A stretch of 64,000 bases of DNA from Mytilus edulis (Eukaryota): NCBI RefSeq assembly GCF_963676685.1, contig NC_092354.1, forward strand, positions 37,386,001 to 37,450,000. The letters run 5' to 3'. The notes under the pieces were generated by a model, which did no database searches, was not told where the DNA came from, and worked only from the letters and a program-made list of their open reading frames with translations. A program made the translations under genes and the position numbers. This document shows positions 36,362 through 49,039 of the stretch, one piece after another; positions within the stretch are counted from its first letter, which is position 1, and every line of letters starts with the position of its first letter.

Positions 36362-37017
36362 AACAACAAATGTAACGAAGAATCACAAAAAGGCATTCAT
36401 CAAATTTAACATACTCATTTTGCTTTTCTTGCACCACTTAATTTGTGTATGTAAAGTCTACCCGTAAATGAAAGAAGGTTTTCATAGCTGGTGTAAAAAT
36501 GCGCGTTTGAAATTCGCACAGGTAGACATAAAAATAATTTTGTCGTTCAATATATGAAGGTATACATACATGCATAACTATATAAACAACAAATGTTACG
36601 AAGCACAAAAATGCATACATCAAATTTAACATACTCATTTTGCTTTTCTTATACCACTTAATTTATCTATATAAAGTCGTCCCGTAAATGAAAGAAGGTT
36701 TTCATAGCTGGTGTAAAAATGCGCGATTGAAGCTCGTACAGGTAGACATAAAAATAATTTTGTCGTTTAATGTATGAAGGTATACATACATGCATAACTA
36801 TATAAACAACAAATGTAACGAAGAAGCACAAAAAAGCATACATCAAATTTAACATACTCATTTTGCTTTTCTTATACCACTTAATTTATCTATATAAAGT
36901 CTACCCGTAAAGGATAGAAGGTTTTCATTACTGGTGTAAAATTGCGCGTTTGAAATTCGCACAGGTAGACGTAAAAATAATTTTGTCGTTCAAAGTATAA
37001 GGCATACATACATGCAT
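36362..37017. repeat. ~3 tandem units of 220-223 bp (satellite-like array, likely inside a HINE)
   Basis: aacaacaaatgt recurs at 36362, 36585 and 36805, with near-identical units. Confidence 0.9.
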
Positions 37018-37082
37018 GGGCACGTTAAGTTGAAACAACAAACAACAGACTCAACAGTAAATGTAACAGTAAATGTAATTAA

Positions 37083-37820
37083 GGGTTATGTACCCTTCTG
37101 TAGCCATTTTTGTACGAACTTTTCAAACTTCAATTGTATTAAAACTACAGATATAATGAATAATAGAGATAGGCCATTTTGTACATATTACAAGGGGAAA
37201 TTTGATGCAAAACATTATTTTTTGCTGTTCCATTGCATTTAATAGAAAAAGAGGAGTTTATGGCAAATAAATCAAGATTTTTATAGAAAATCCACAGCCT
37301 TTATCCTTGTACTCTCATATTTGGCAATTTGATGACTGATAGATATAGGATTAGTGCATGCAGTGCTAGCATTGATTTCCTTAAAACAAGTTTATAAATG
37401 TAGTTATTGGTTAAGACAAGTATAAATATGGCCAAAATCAAGTACACCTTTTAGGGTGCGCTCGACTTTAGTGACTCAGCACGAGGTGTTTTGGAATTTA
37501 CAGGTTACTTAGAACTTTTTGTAAAAAATAAACACTAGCACATCATAGAAAATCAAGTGAGTAATTTATGTTTCAAATTTTATAACAAAAATCTCTGTAT
37601 TAAAGGATGTGGATTTTCTTTAAAAATCTTGATTTATTTGCCACAAAGTCCTCTTTTTCTATCAAATGCAATGAAACAGTAAAAAAAATGCTTTGCATCA
37701 AGTTTCCCCTTGGAACATGTACTAAATGGCCTATCTCTATTATTTATTATATCTTTAGTTTTGATACAATTGAGGTTTGAAAAATTCGTACAAAAATGGC
37801 TACAGAAGGGTACATAAACC
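37083..37820. mobile_element. Long-TIR (~220 bp) MITE with TTAA TSD and GG...CC ends (Kolobok-type)
   Basis: ttaa|gg-ttatgtacccttctgtagcc ... ggctacagaagggtacataaacc|ttaa. Confidence 0.88.
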
Positions 37821-37990
37821 TTAAAATAATGTGTGGTTCAAAGTATGACGGGATGCATACGTACAGTTTCACTTTAAATGTATAACATAAAAAACAGACT
37901 TAACAGAAAAAGTATTATTATTGAATAAAATAATTTTATCATTCATAGTATGTCAAGATCGGAAGCTCAAATTGGTACAGAACTATTTAA

Positions 37991-38572
37991 GGTTCATGTG
38001 GACCCTATGGCTAAAATGGCCGTATTTTCACCTCAAATGTTACTCTGAGTACAGACAAACCTGCGCATCTGTAAAAAAATTCAGGCATAGCATGCCCTAG
38101 ATAAATGGATTCTAAGAATGTTTTATGTTTTTAAAAAATAAAAACTTACCAGGATTTTGCCGTGCACTTTTTTTCATTCCTCCAGAAGGTGCCAAAATAA
38201 ACAAAGTTGGGAAACAGGTTTGAGAACTTCCCCACAGGTAAAAATTAAAGTGAGCATTTTTACTTGACATGGACAGTAGATGGACAATAGATACCTGACA
38301 ATAATTGTTTTTTTAAACTGTGTACCTGAGTGGACCATATCAAGGTAAACTCAGCTGTTTGTTAATTTTATCATCTTCTGCAGAGACGAAAAAAAGTGTA
38401 CGGCAAAATCCAGTTAAGTTATGAATTTTCTAAATCATATAATGCATTTGAATTCTATTTATCTAGGGCATGCTATGCCTTAAAACTTTTTCAGATGCAC
38501 AGGTTTGCCTGTACTCAGAGAAAATTTTGAGGTGAAAATACGGCCATTTTAGCCATAGGGTCCACATGAACC
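37991..38572. mobile_element. Long-TIR (~185 bp) MITE with TTAA TSD (Kolobok-type)
   Basis: ttaa|ggttcatgtggaccctatggctaaaatggccg ... cggccattttagccatagggtccacatgaacc|ttaa. Confidence 0.92.
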
Positions 38573-38610
38573 TTAATATAGCGAACGTTCATGTAAGGGG
38601 GTTCGATAAG

Positions 38611-39120
38611 GTAAGCGGACAGAAAGTCACAAAACAAAACGCAACAGGACAAAAAAATCACAGGACATAAAGTCACAAATTAGATAGGACAAAAAGTCAC
38701 AAATCATTTTTTTTTTTACAATTGTTCGACTATATAAGAGAAAGATCTTGAAACATTGACTTGTTATTACATAAATTCATTTTAAAGTTAATGAAATATA
38801 TCATTTTACTAGGAAAATGAAGTTTTAATTAATTTTAATGATGCAAAGGACATATTTCTTGGCATCATGAAGCCAATCAGGTGCCAATCTACTTTTGACA
38901 TTTTGTGTTCTTAACAATGATTTGATCATCTTAGATATTTTTTTTGAAAAATGTTGCTTACAATGTTTGTTAATATACAATACTTCAAGAAAACACAAAA
39001 ATGTTTTTGTAAAAATAATCATTTTTTATACAAAGAAAATAATCATAAAAAAAATGAATTGTGACTTTTTGTCCGTGACCTTTTGTCTGTGACTTTTTTC
39101 CTGTGACTTTCTGTCCTACA
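38611..39120. mobile_element. Foldback-like MITE with subterminal ggacaaaaagtcac repeats
   Basis: Repeated ggaca.aaagtcaca at the left end and its reverse complement tgtgacttt.tgtcc at the right end. Confidence 0.75.
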
Positions 39121-39387
39121 TTCTTCGATAACAAACATAATATTAACTCAATGTTTCCTTTCATGTCAAGGTTAATATTTTGGTCTTTTTATGTTCACCA
39201 CGTACATTCCTTTAGGCAGCAACCGTTCGATTTTATTTTTTTTCTTGGAAAAAGGTGGGGGGCTATGGATTTTTTTGAAAAAAAAGTTTCATAATTACAC
39301 GCACTTGGTGACCTTACCTATGATCCATTCATTAGACAATAAAACAATTTTATTAAACTGCACCCATGCTGCTTTTCCCTTTATTTA

Positions 39388-39820
39388 TCCCCAAGGGTGA
39401 CTGTGGTATAGAAATATGGTCACTTGGTCTTCTCCCGACCGGCAGTAAAACGCTTGCCGAAGTGGGGCGTCCGTTTGGCTGTGCGGGATGTATTAAGTTC
39501 GCAGTCACGTCCGGTCAGAAGGGGGACGTTAAATCCGATGCCTCGTGTAAAGAGAATGCCACGCTCTTTGCACGTTAAGAACCCTTGCAACAACTCTCTG
39601 AGGGGTCCGTAGGTGGCCTGTTGCAAGGCTAAATTTCTGTCCCTATCCAATATACCCTCCTTTTCCGGTGGCAGTCCAAATTTCTCCGACCATCATCCCA
39701 GATGGCCTCTATTGTATCAACCTACCTATTGTATTTATTGTGAACTTGTTCTCGTCCTGAATATGCATGAAATATTTGCCACTGGACGTTAAGCAACCAA
39801 CAATCAATCAATCAATCAAT
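39388..39820 (+). mobile_element. Full-length SINE (Meta/MD-domain-like core, I/Nimb-type tail) with 12-bp TSD
   Basis: TSD tccctttattta at 39376-39387 and 39820-39831. Core ggggacgttaaatcc...tgcacgttaagaaccc; tail aagcaaccaa(caat)5. Confidence 0.93.
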
Positions 39821-40919
39821 CCCTTTATTTAGCTGATGGCATAATCCACTCCTCTCCCTCAATTATCAATTGCTTGCAGTATTTCAAGGTGTGTTATGGA
39901 ATTTTACATACTAGTTATATCAAAAGTGCACATATTATATATATATACATATACGTCTGCTTCCGTCAAATTCATCCTAGTCTTTCCAACCGATACCCCC
40001 ATGACGTTTGGCACCTTTTCGAGCAGAAGACAAGTTCTTGGAAGTTATGAGGATGCACAGAACAATACATACTCATAAATATTAGAAAGGCATCGGACTA
40101 AGTTTCGATGTTTGTAGTCTTTGTTTGGGGTGAAACTGGATTTATAACTAGTTGTCCTTGATCATAAGTGATGTCATGATCAATAACTGAGTTCTGCAAT
40201 AAAAGAGCCAAAACGACATACTCGCCCTTATGATTGTTTTATCTTAAATTCTAATTAATATGTAAGGTGATGTCATCGTCAAGGCTAGGCGAGTAGGAAG
40301 GTGTTTGCATGACCTTGTCGATTTGTGACAACTGGGTTCATTGATGCTCATGAAGTTGAAGGAATATTAGCAACTGTATCTTGCACTTTTGTCACTGTTG
40401 TTTTAACTGGTGTTTTTTTTTTAAAGGCAGTGCTTTAAGGCCTGACTTTCAAGTCATGAGGTTCATCTTTCCTTACGCAAATCTTTGCTGGGGGTCATTT
40501 TGCAAGAAATAGATCCGGAAATGTTTAAATTTCTCCTCTACTTTTTGTGGTATGTATTGGTTTTTGTTCCTTTCATTTACATTGGGAAATAAAGAAACGA
40601 TCAGTGTGTATTGTTCGTTTTAAAAATCTGTTTATTAATGTGTCTTTTGCATTATAAGCAGTCAATCTGATTACAAACTATCATTATTCGAATTCCGTGT
40701 GGAAAGAGGTCCGTTCAATTTCGAGTACTATTTGCGATCTAAAGATATTTTAAAATCATTTCACTCGTTGATATAACATGATATTATAATTAAAAGTCGA
40801 CTGACCGTGAATTATATTGCATAATATACAATTTAAAGTATTTCTGTACGTGAAGCCGTATGACGTTATAGTTATTTCGGTCTCAGTTATGTAAAATATG
40901 AAATTATCGTTCCTGAATA

Positions 40920-41530
40920 GGGTTCCACTAATTAAAGACAAGAAGCGTCAAAAAGTGATAAGAAGCGACAATAAAATTAAAATAGCGATAAGAAGCGACA
41001 ATATAATTAATTTAACGAGAAGAAGCGTCAAGAAGACTATATAGCGACTATACATAAATAAAAAAAATGTCATTGCAACAACTTGTTCCCCATAGATATT
41101 AAAAAAAACATGCATTATTTTTTATTATAGGGGCGGTTATAAAACATTTTTTATATTACTGTACATTGATAGATAAAAATATGTTTTTATTAAGAAGAAA
41201 GGGATTAGTTTTTATTAGATATAAAAAAAAATATATTTTATGCACACGCTAAAAATTGGACATCAAAACAAAAAAATTTCAATTTCCTTTTAATGAATTT
41301 ATTGAATCAAAACCATGCAATATCATTTCCTTTCTATTACAGTGAAATTCTTCTTTTTCATAGGGACATATTTGATAGGTGTAGCTTCACCCTATCACAT
41401 CAAATGAGAATAGCCTCGTGAGAGAATTACGATTCGCTTGTCCCTTGTTAGTTATTGTCGCTTCGTCACTAAATTAAACTTCTTGTCGCTGTTTGTCTCT
41501 AAAATTCTTCTTGTCTCTTATTAGTGAGAC
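40920..41530. mobile_element. MITE with imperfect TIRs and aagaagcgac subterminal repeats
   Basis: Left end ggttccactaattaaagacaagaag versus the reverse complement of the right end, ggtctcactaataagagacaagaag. Confidence 0.7.
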
Positions 41531-41588
41531 CAGTCAGTTCCGTCCTTAACTTCCGTTTTTGCACTGCAAAACAATCACACAATTAACG

Positions 41589-42590
41589 ATGCCTAGTCCT
41601 TGTTGGTGTGTACCTGAGTGTCATTTAAGAGGAGGACTTGCATTTCTAAATGACTTAATAAAAAGGAAAAGTTAGATCAACGCCATGGCTCAAACGTAGA
41701 TTGTCATGTGCGATGCAATCGTAGAACCCATATCAATCAGCTGTTGTTTGCAAGGCACATTTTACTGAAAACGACTACGTTCAGGAAACTATTCATGGTA
41801 AAACTTTATTTTCTTTAAGAAATATATACTGTTATTTATATAATCGCCATGCAAGTAAACCAAAGTCTGTTTGCAACCGCAATTATCGTCTTAGAATAAA
41901 AAGGGGGGTGAATTCAAGACGTCATAACTTTTGGGATTACGATTCAATATCATCTGATTGACATTTTTTGGTTAATACTACAATTGTATGGTTTTTCTAC
42001 AAGAGCTATATTATACTGATAATTATTTTAGCAGTAATTATGTAAATTTCGGTTGTAATGACAAGAATTCATGAGCTATGCCTCGGGCTTTCTTGAAAAA
42101 TATCAATGACAATGTAAACAGGAACAAAACATTGACATGAATGATGCTCTCCACCTATGTTATAGTTATTTAGGTATGTGTGTTGCACAAGTCTTTCACA
42201 AGTTTCGAAAAAGCTTATGTTATAAAACTTTTTTCAGGGCACATACCCACTTTATAGAGACTTGTCTACTGCCATGCATTCCCATCCTATTTTCATGCAC
42301 CATTTGTAAGCAAGAGACTGAATGGTTTACAAAATTAAAAATCAGGACGGTGTCCCGTTAAACCAAAAGAACTAAACTGGATGAATATTGTAGGAGAAAT
42401 CTAGAGGAAAGTTTTGATTTGTGAAATTGGTTTTCCTGAACAGATGTACATTCATCCTGCAGGAAAGATTTATAACTGTCCACCACCAACTGACGAGCTA
42501 ATGTTGAGCTTCACAGATGGAATTACTCAAACACCATAAATGCCTATGTTTTCAGCACAGATTTCACAAATCATGACACAGCTGTGCATT
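41589..42590 (+). pseudogene. THAP-domain transposase relic (ISL2EU/Harbinger-like), two exons
   Basis: MPSPCWCVPEC...AF...INA...VVCKAHFTENDY followed by a gt donor near 41798. A later exon DFTNHDTAVHF-YT is split by the HINE at 42589. Confidence 0.6.
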
Positions 42591-42886
42591 TTTATGCCCC
42601 ACCTACGATAGTAGGGGGGCATTATGTTTTCTGGTCTGTGCGTCCGTTCGTCTGTTCGTCCGTTCGTCCGTCCGTCTGTCCCTCTTCAGGTTAAAGTTTT
42701 TGGTCAAGGTAGTTTTTGATGAAGTTGAAGTCCAATCGACTTCAAACTTGGTACACATGTTCCCTATGATATGATCTTTTTAATTTTAATGCCAAATTAG
42801 AGCTTTTACCCCAATGTCACGGTCCACTGAACATGGAAAATGATAGTGCGAGTGGGGCATTCGTGTACTGGGGACACATTCTTGTT
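42589..42886 (+). mobile_element. Complete HINE/DINE-1-like element
   Basis: T-run insertion, atgcccc...ggggcat 5' inverted repeat, (GTCC/GTTC)n, 3' gtggggcat sub-TIR and gtgt...acac hairpin. Confidence 0.87.
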
Positions 42887-43347
42887 TATACCTGATAAGA
42901 GTCGAAAACTAAATATTATTTTTATATAAATAAACATATATTGTGTCATTTTAGAACTTATATTTTTCCAAAGGATGCATGAATGAAAGTAGTGAAATTC
43001 ATTTTGCTTTGATATATAGATTTGAATTACAATTGTTCATGTTATTGTAATGCATATAAAAATAAGGAGATGTGGCACAATGTAAATATATGATATTCTG
43101 TGAGTTTATCAAACTAAAGGGGATAAGAAATGGGTATAAGCAGTTACAGGACTGTACTACTGTACAATCTCCAACAATGAGAAAAACTCATACTGCAAAG
43201 AGAATTTCATATTTACAAGTAAGTTTTGTTTTTGCATTGAATAATTTTCTTCTATTGTCTTAAAAGCAAATATGGGAAGTGGTTAAAATGCTAATGAGAC
43301 AGCTTTTATGGCCACCAGATGTCATTGTTACCTTGATTAAAAACTCC

Positions 43348-44117
43348 TTTATAGCTCACAAGACCTGACTCATCACTTGGTTTCGTCGTCTATAAACTTT
43401 TACAAAAAATCTTCTCTGAAACTACTGTGCCTAATTTAACCAAACTTAGCCAAAATCATCATTGCGGTATCTAATTTAAAAAATGTGTGGTTAGACCCGG
43501 TCAACCAACCGAGATGGCCACTATGGCCAAAAATAGAACATACAGGTAAAATGTAGATTTTGGCTTATAACTCTGAAACCAAAGCATATAGAGCAAATCT
43601 GACATAGGGTGAAATTGTCTCTTCAGTGAAGATCTATCTGCCCAGGAATTTTCAGACAAATCTGACAACCCGTTGATGGATTGCTGCCCCCAAATTAGTA
43701 ATTTGAAGGAAATTTTGCAGAGTTTGGTTATTATCTTAAATATTATTATAGATAGAGATAAACTGTAAACAGCAATAATGTTCTGCAAAGTAAGATCTAC
43801 AAATAAGTCAATATGACCAAAATTTTAAGTTGACCCCTTAAAGAGTTATTGCCCTTTATAGTCAATTTTTAACAATTTTCATAATTTTTTGTATTTTTTG
43901 TTACCGGTAATTTTTAAAAAATATTTTCAACTGTAAATACTGGGCCATGTTTATTATAGATAGAGATAATTGTAGCACCAAGAATGTTCAGTAAAGAAAG
44001 ATCTTCAAACACATCCCCATCATCAAAAACACAATTTTGTCATTTTATATGTGTCCGTGTTTAATATGCACATAGACCGTCCAAGGTGAGTGACACAGGC
44101 TCTTGAGAGTCTCTAGG
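43348..44117 (+). mobile_element. HINE-like element, family 2
   Basis: Starts tagctcac and ends ccaaggtgagtgacacaggctcttgagagtctctag. Homologous to 20211-21053. Confidence 0.8.
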
Positions 44118-46749
44118 TCATTAATACAGGTAGATAACTTTATCATGTTTATACTGAAAAATAATTTTGCTTGGAGGGAGAATTTAAAAAAAGTTCTGTC
44201 TTCAAAAGAGTTGACATGTTACTATGTACATTTACATTAACCATTATGTTACTTGATGTTCTAGCAATACACACAGAACGGAGACTAGTCAATCTTTGTG
44301 AATTATTTTTCATAGGATAGGAGTAATTGAATATGTGTATATAATCAATAATTAAAAATAGTTTTATTTACATTAAAAAGGAAAAGTTCTTATGTCTTAA
44401 AAATGCATTTCATGGCGAGGTACAGAAAATATACTGTAAACAGTAGACTATAGATATAGGTGAACTAGGTAAAAGAGAACTCTAAATCTTAAATATTACA
44501 AACAACCTCTGTTCTATGGAAGATAATGATATAACTGGACTAGAAATACACACAACCTGTAATTAACTGCCTTTACAGCGCTTTCGCGCTTTGATTGTAT
44601 TTCCTCATTTGTCTGATTTTATTAATTATCCTCTTCAGACAGTTGATTTATTTAGGAATCTTCTGTCTCTTATTTATAACGGTCTCATTTCTGATTAGTT
44701 ATATTTATACTGTTGCGTTGTGCTTTGTATGGTTATCTAACTCTGAATCAAGTATGTTCAAGTTATAATAGTTCTGATGAAAAACAAAGTCAATATTATG
44801 AAATTCGAAGTTAAAAATTTTTTTTTGCCAATTTGTCTCAATCAGTTCTTCTTCCACATAAAGGAACAGTTGAACTCCATTCTGTAATATTATCAAAGGT
44901 TTTCATATTCAATGAATTTGTTATTGAATCACTGTAACAGGTTTGACAATTTCCAACCGCAGGCTCACTTTTAACGTGTACTTTATCTTGAGTATTAATA
45001 TTCAAAACAAAAATGATGCGGTTACTAACTTTTTCAAGAGTAGATCGTCTCTAAATTCAAACCGGGCTAGCTTATCATACTTGTCTATGTAATCGTCTAA
45101 AGTTCCTGGCTGAAGGAAATCAATTTCACCACATTTTTTTTCATTTTAACAAATACGAAGATATAAGAAGAATGTAGTCCTAAAAAATAACACCCTCTTC
45201 AATTTGGATATAAATGTTTATAGCCTTTAGATATCCACCAACCCCTGTACAATCAAGACAGATAAGTTTATGAATCTTCGTATTACCAGGGAAAATGTCT
45301 GGTATTAGAGTTTCTAAAAGTTCGGTATTAGTGACGTTTCCTTGCCTTTACAGATATTGCCTCATTGGTCTCATCAATTCGTTTTCTTTTTGTTCTTGCA
45401 AGTATTGCTTCTTTTGAGGTCTCTTTTTAATAATATTTTCATAAGTTCCTCTTCTGTCTTGAAAAATGAAATTTTGCGAAAATGATGCTTGAATAAGCAT
45501 ATTTTTCCTACCACCTTTAAAAAAGTCATTCTTATAATCAACACATAAGGTCTATCACAGACTCTAGAAATGATGTGAAGTATCGACCCATTTTTCTAAC
45601 GGGCTCGTCACTTTGTCATTCAGACAGATACCGTTATATTACCACTACCAAAGCTCTCATTAACTACTACCTGTTCTTGTGTAACCTCGGGCATTGCCGG
45701 CAGCTTCCGCCTTTAATTGTATGGTGGTGCATATGTGATTGGGATGCCTTCAAAGACACGTTTCATCATATCTCCATAGCCACAGGTTTTGATAACTGTA
45801 CTCCCATTCCTCATAAGGATGGGGTGTCCACTGGCTCATATATTTGTTCTTTTTGTAATTTAGTGGCAAACTTCTGTAAATTTTTCACAATTTTGATTTT
45901 TGAAGTGCATTTATTTTACATTTTTTCCTGATGTTTATTTTCCTATTTTCTCTTCTCGCCTAGTTTTCACTCCTCCTCTTTACTCTCTATAGCTGAAAAA
46001 TGTAAATATAAACTAATGAAATTACAAAAATATACTGTAAAATCTAGGAATGAAAAAAAAAAACAACCAAAAAACATTTTTTTAATTCTGTTTGTGTATT
46101 TTATGTTATTAGTTAGTCATTTAAGGTGTTACCCAAAACTTTCAGTAAAATTAATTTGACTGGTTTGATTTTCTTAAAATTTTGAAAAAGTATTGGCTTC
46201 CACCCTTTAACAAAAATTTTGAACCAACCAGTTATCAGAAAAATTACACTGGTTATATAGCAGTTTGACAAACACCAATTTTGTCCATTTCTCTATTTCC
46301 TGTGGTGGGTTGTTATCATCCAAACAGTATGGTGTCACTCTTATTTACGGCAATTAATCCAAATACTAAACTGCCTTTTGTATGATTTCAATTTTCATAA
46401 ATTGATTATCATCTCTTAATTTCGCCATGTAGTTATCCCAGCTATTCCACCAATTGAATGGCTCTGTTCCGCAATAACAAATCCGGGGGTAATTCCGTAT
46501 ACGTTCCGAAATTAGTATTCCGGTATAACTTCCGGGGCGTTCAACATCATCAGCAGCTAAGATGAACGCAGCATCCTCAACTATGTTCACGAAGAAAAAA
46601 AGGTAAGGCAGACATGAATAGCGTTATCTTACTTTAAGATTTATATTTGATATGTGATATGAGTGCCAAAGGCAACTAGAAGCCCAAATGCAAAATGACA
46701 TGTTTTTTTTTAAAACTTTTTAAGCGTAACCGTACGTAGAAATTATTAT

Positions 46750-46950
46750 AAATTAAGGAATGTATCTCCCTCATGCAAAGCTCCGATTCCTTTCACGGAT
46801 TTGGCTATACTTTTTGGATCTTTTGAATTGCTCTTCATCTTTTATATATACTTTGGATTGCAAATATTTTGGCCACGAGCATCACTGAAGAGACATGTAT
46901 TGTCGAAATGCGCATCTGGTGCAAGAAAAATTGGTATCGTTAATTTTATT
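46750..46950 (+). mobile_element. Partial non-LTR retrozyme / Penelope pseudo-LTR-like repeat carrying the hammerhead
   Basis: Non-coding block around the ribozyme. Boundaries are approximate and only one hammerhead is seen. Confidence 0.5.
46879..46922 (+). ncRNA. Minimal type-I hammerhead ribozyme
   Basis: gcatca-CTGAAGA-gaca(tgtat)tgtc-GAAA-tgcgca-TC-tggtgc. Stem I is 6 bp, stem II 4 bp, stem III palindromic. Predicted cleavage after C46916. Confidence 0.88.
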
Positions 46951-47259
46951 GTGTTAGTCAGTTACTGGCAGTAAAACTGCACTTTAGTCAAGTGCTATAA
47001 ATTGGGATGCCAACTTTTCTGCTAAAATGACAGAACTTTCAATCTATTGTGTACCTATCTGAACACATTTGACCCCCTCCCCCTCCCCCCCTCCAAAAAA
47101 AAGAAAGTAAGTTATATTAATACAATGAACAAAAAATTGATCAAAAATTATTTTAAAATTCTAACTGTCTGACAACATATCCAATTATATTACATTGATT
47201 GCTTAGAAATAAAATAATAAAATGACCTTTTTTATCATGTTTATTTTTATATTTTTCAG

Positions 47260-48080
47260 CACTGGAAAGAAATATTGTTGTGTCCCAGGATGCAGTCATA
47301 CATCTGACAAGATAGGACCAGATGGAACAAAATTTATACTTCACCGTATTCCCATGTCAGAAAAAAAGCCCATATTAAAAAACTGTGGATTCAGAGACTT
47401 AAAAATGTGAGGGCAAACTTAATTGTTAATGACAGTACAAGAGTTTGTAGTGCTCATTTTAAAGGACCATTTACACATGAATCAATTCCAACTATCTTTC
47501 CTTCTAAGCCAATGAAGAAGGTGACTACAAGTCGTCCACTTTTTAGAAAAGAAGTCCATTCAGAAAATACAAATACTGACACAGCGGAGTTAGACGAACA
47601 TGAAAATATAAAAATACCAAACATTAGTATCATGAAGGATCTTAATATTGCCTCTGACATTGACAAAGTAAATACGTGTTCATTCAGGACAAGCTGTACA
47701 CAAACTGAAATTACTACATTTACAACCAATGCAAGTACATGTACAACAACAGACAATATTGAGACAGATATCAAGATCCATTCTGTGAGTGTAGGCATTC
47801 AGACAGACTTGCCACAAATAACAATTGAAAATGTGAAACATGATAATGCCAAAGTGAGATTTTACACTGGATTTGTTAATTTTAGTGGGTTTTTTAATGT
47901 TCCTTTCAGTACTACTTAAACATGGAGCAGATAAGCTGAATTATTGGGAAGGAGAATCCCGATCCATGGATGAAAAATCCTACCAACAAGAATGAATCTT
48001 AAAACCAGGAAGAAAACGCTTTTTAAGACAAATAATGAATTCTTTATGGTAATGATGCGATTGCGACTAGGACTTCTACA
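47260..48080 (+). pseudogene. THAP + HTH N-terminal half of an ISL2EU/Harbinger-type transposase
   Basis: KYCCVPGC...HRIP...(fs)LWIQRL...TRVCSAHF...IPTIFP, then VRFYTGF, LNYWEG, GRKR, EFFMVMMRLRLGL. The DDE core is missing. Confidence 0.85.
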
Positions 48081-48847
48081 GCTGATATTTTTAGTATTTT
48101 AGGTCAGTATAATAATTATTTACATACATACATAATAGTAAAACAACATTATAAACATGATGCATAAATGGAAAACAATGATAATATGAATGAATAAGTT
48201 AATTAACAGGACGTAACAGTATAAAGAGGTGCATGTCAAAATCATTACAGTTGAACAGACGTGCTGGGCCTCATTAATCCGCTGCGATGACGGTTTACCT
48301 TTAGATGATCAACGACTTACTACTTTTGATGATTATTGATAATTGCGGACCATAGAGCTCAATTTACTCCCATTGAAAAACCATCGAAACAGCGCTCTCA
48401 AATAGGTGCGCTACGTTTCTTTCGTTTTCCTTCTTTTAAAATTTTAAGGGCATGGGACAATGTATATCAATCGAAAGCTGACATATTTTTCTTTAACCTT
48501 CCATAGTTATTTACCTTCGGAAATCTCATTTAACGTCCACATTCATCAAATTATTTCTTTTTAGCTAAGCTCCGCATTTTCGTAGGCCATTTTTGAATCA
48601 AACGAGATATCGGAGTTTGTACCACGTGATTCGTCTTCCTTTGATTTCAGGGGGACGGAACTCTACTAAACATACTTCCGGTTTATTACATTACGTTAGA
48701 AACTTTAAGTTTGACAATAAATTTCGATATTTTCGCAGAAACATTTGTGTTTTGAACCGAATTATAGTTGACAGATAGTCGCATTGATTGGTATCTTCAT
48801 CTGGAACAAGTGAAATTTGATAAGTTTGTTGTTGAAAATTGCAAAAT

Positions 48848-49016
48848 TTTTGTCTCTATCCAATAAACCCTCATTTTCCAGACGCAGTCTAAATTTCTCC
48901 GACCATCATCCTCTATTATAAAAACCTACTTATTGTATTTATTGTTAATTTGTTCTCGTCCTGAATATGCATTATATATTTGCCACTGGACGTTAAGTAA
49001 CCAACAATCGATCAAT
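48848..49016 (+). mobile_element. 5'-truncated SINE copy (3' end)
   Basis: ccgaccatcatcc...gttctcgtcctgaatatgc...ttgccactggacgttaagtaaccaacaatcgatcaat. Confidence 0.85.
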
Positions 49017-49039
49017 TTTAAAAAGTTAATTTGTGAGCA

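Noticed and set aside
36438-36861. Duplicated 64-66 aa hydrophobic ORFs
   Set aside because: Artefact of the 220-bp tandem repeat.
39397-39423. Hammerhead or HDV-like ribozyme in the SINE head
   Set aside because: CUGA is not conserved among copies, and the P1 3' strand required for an HDV fold is absent.
39366-39650. ORFs of 62-76 aa in both orientations (also 16-216 and 4042-4260)
   Set aside because: Chance ORFs within the non-coding SINE.
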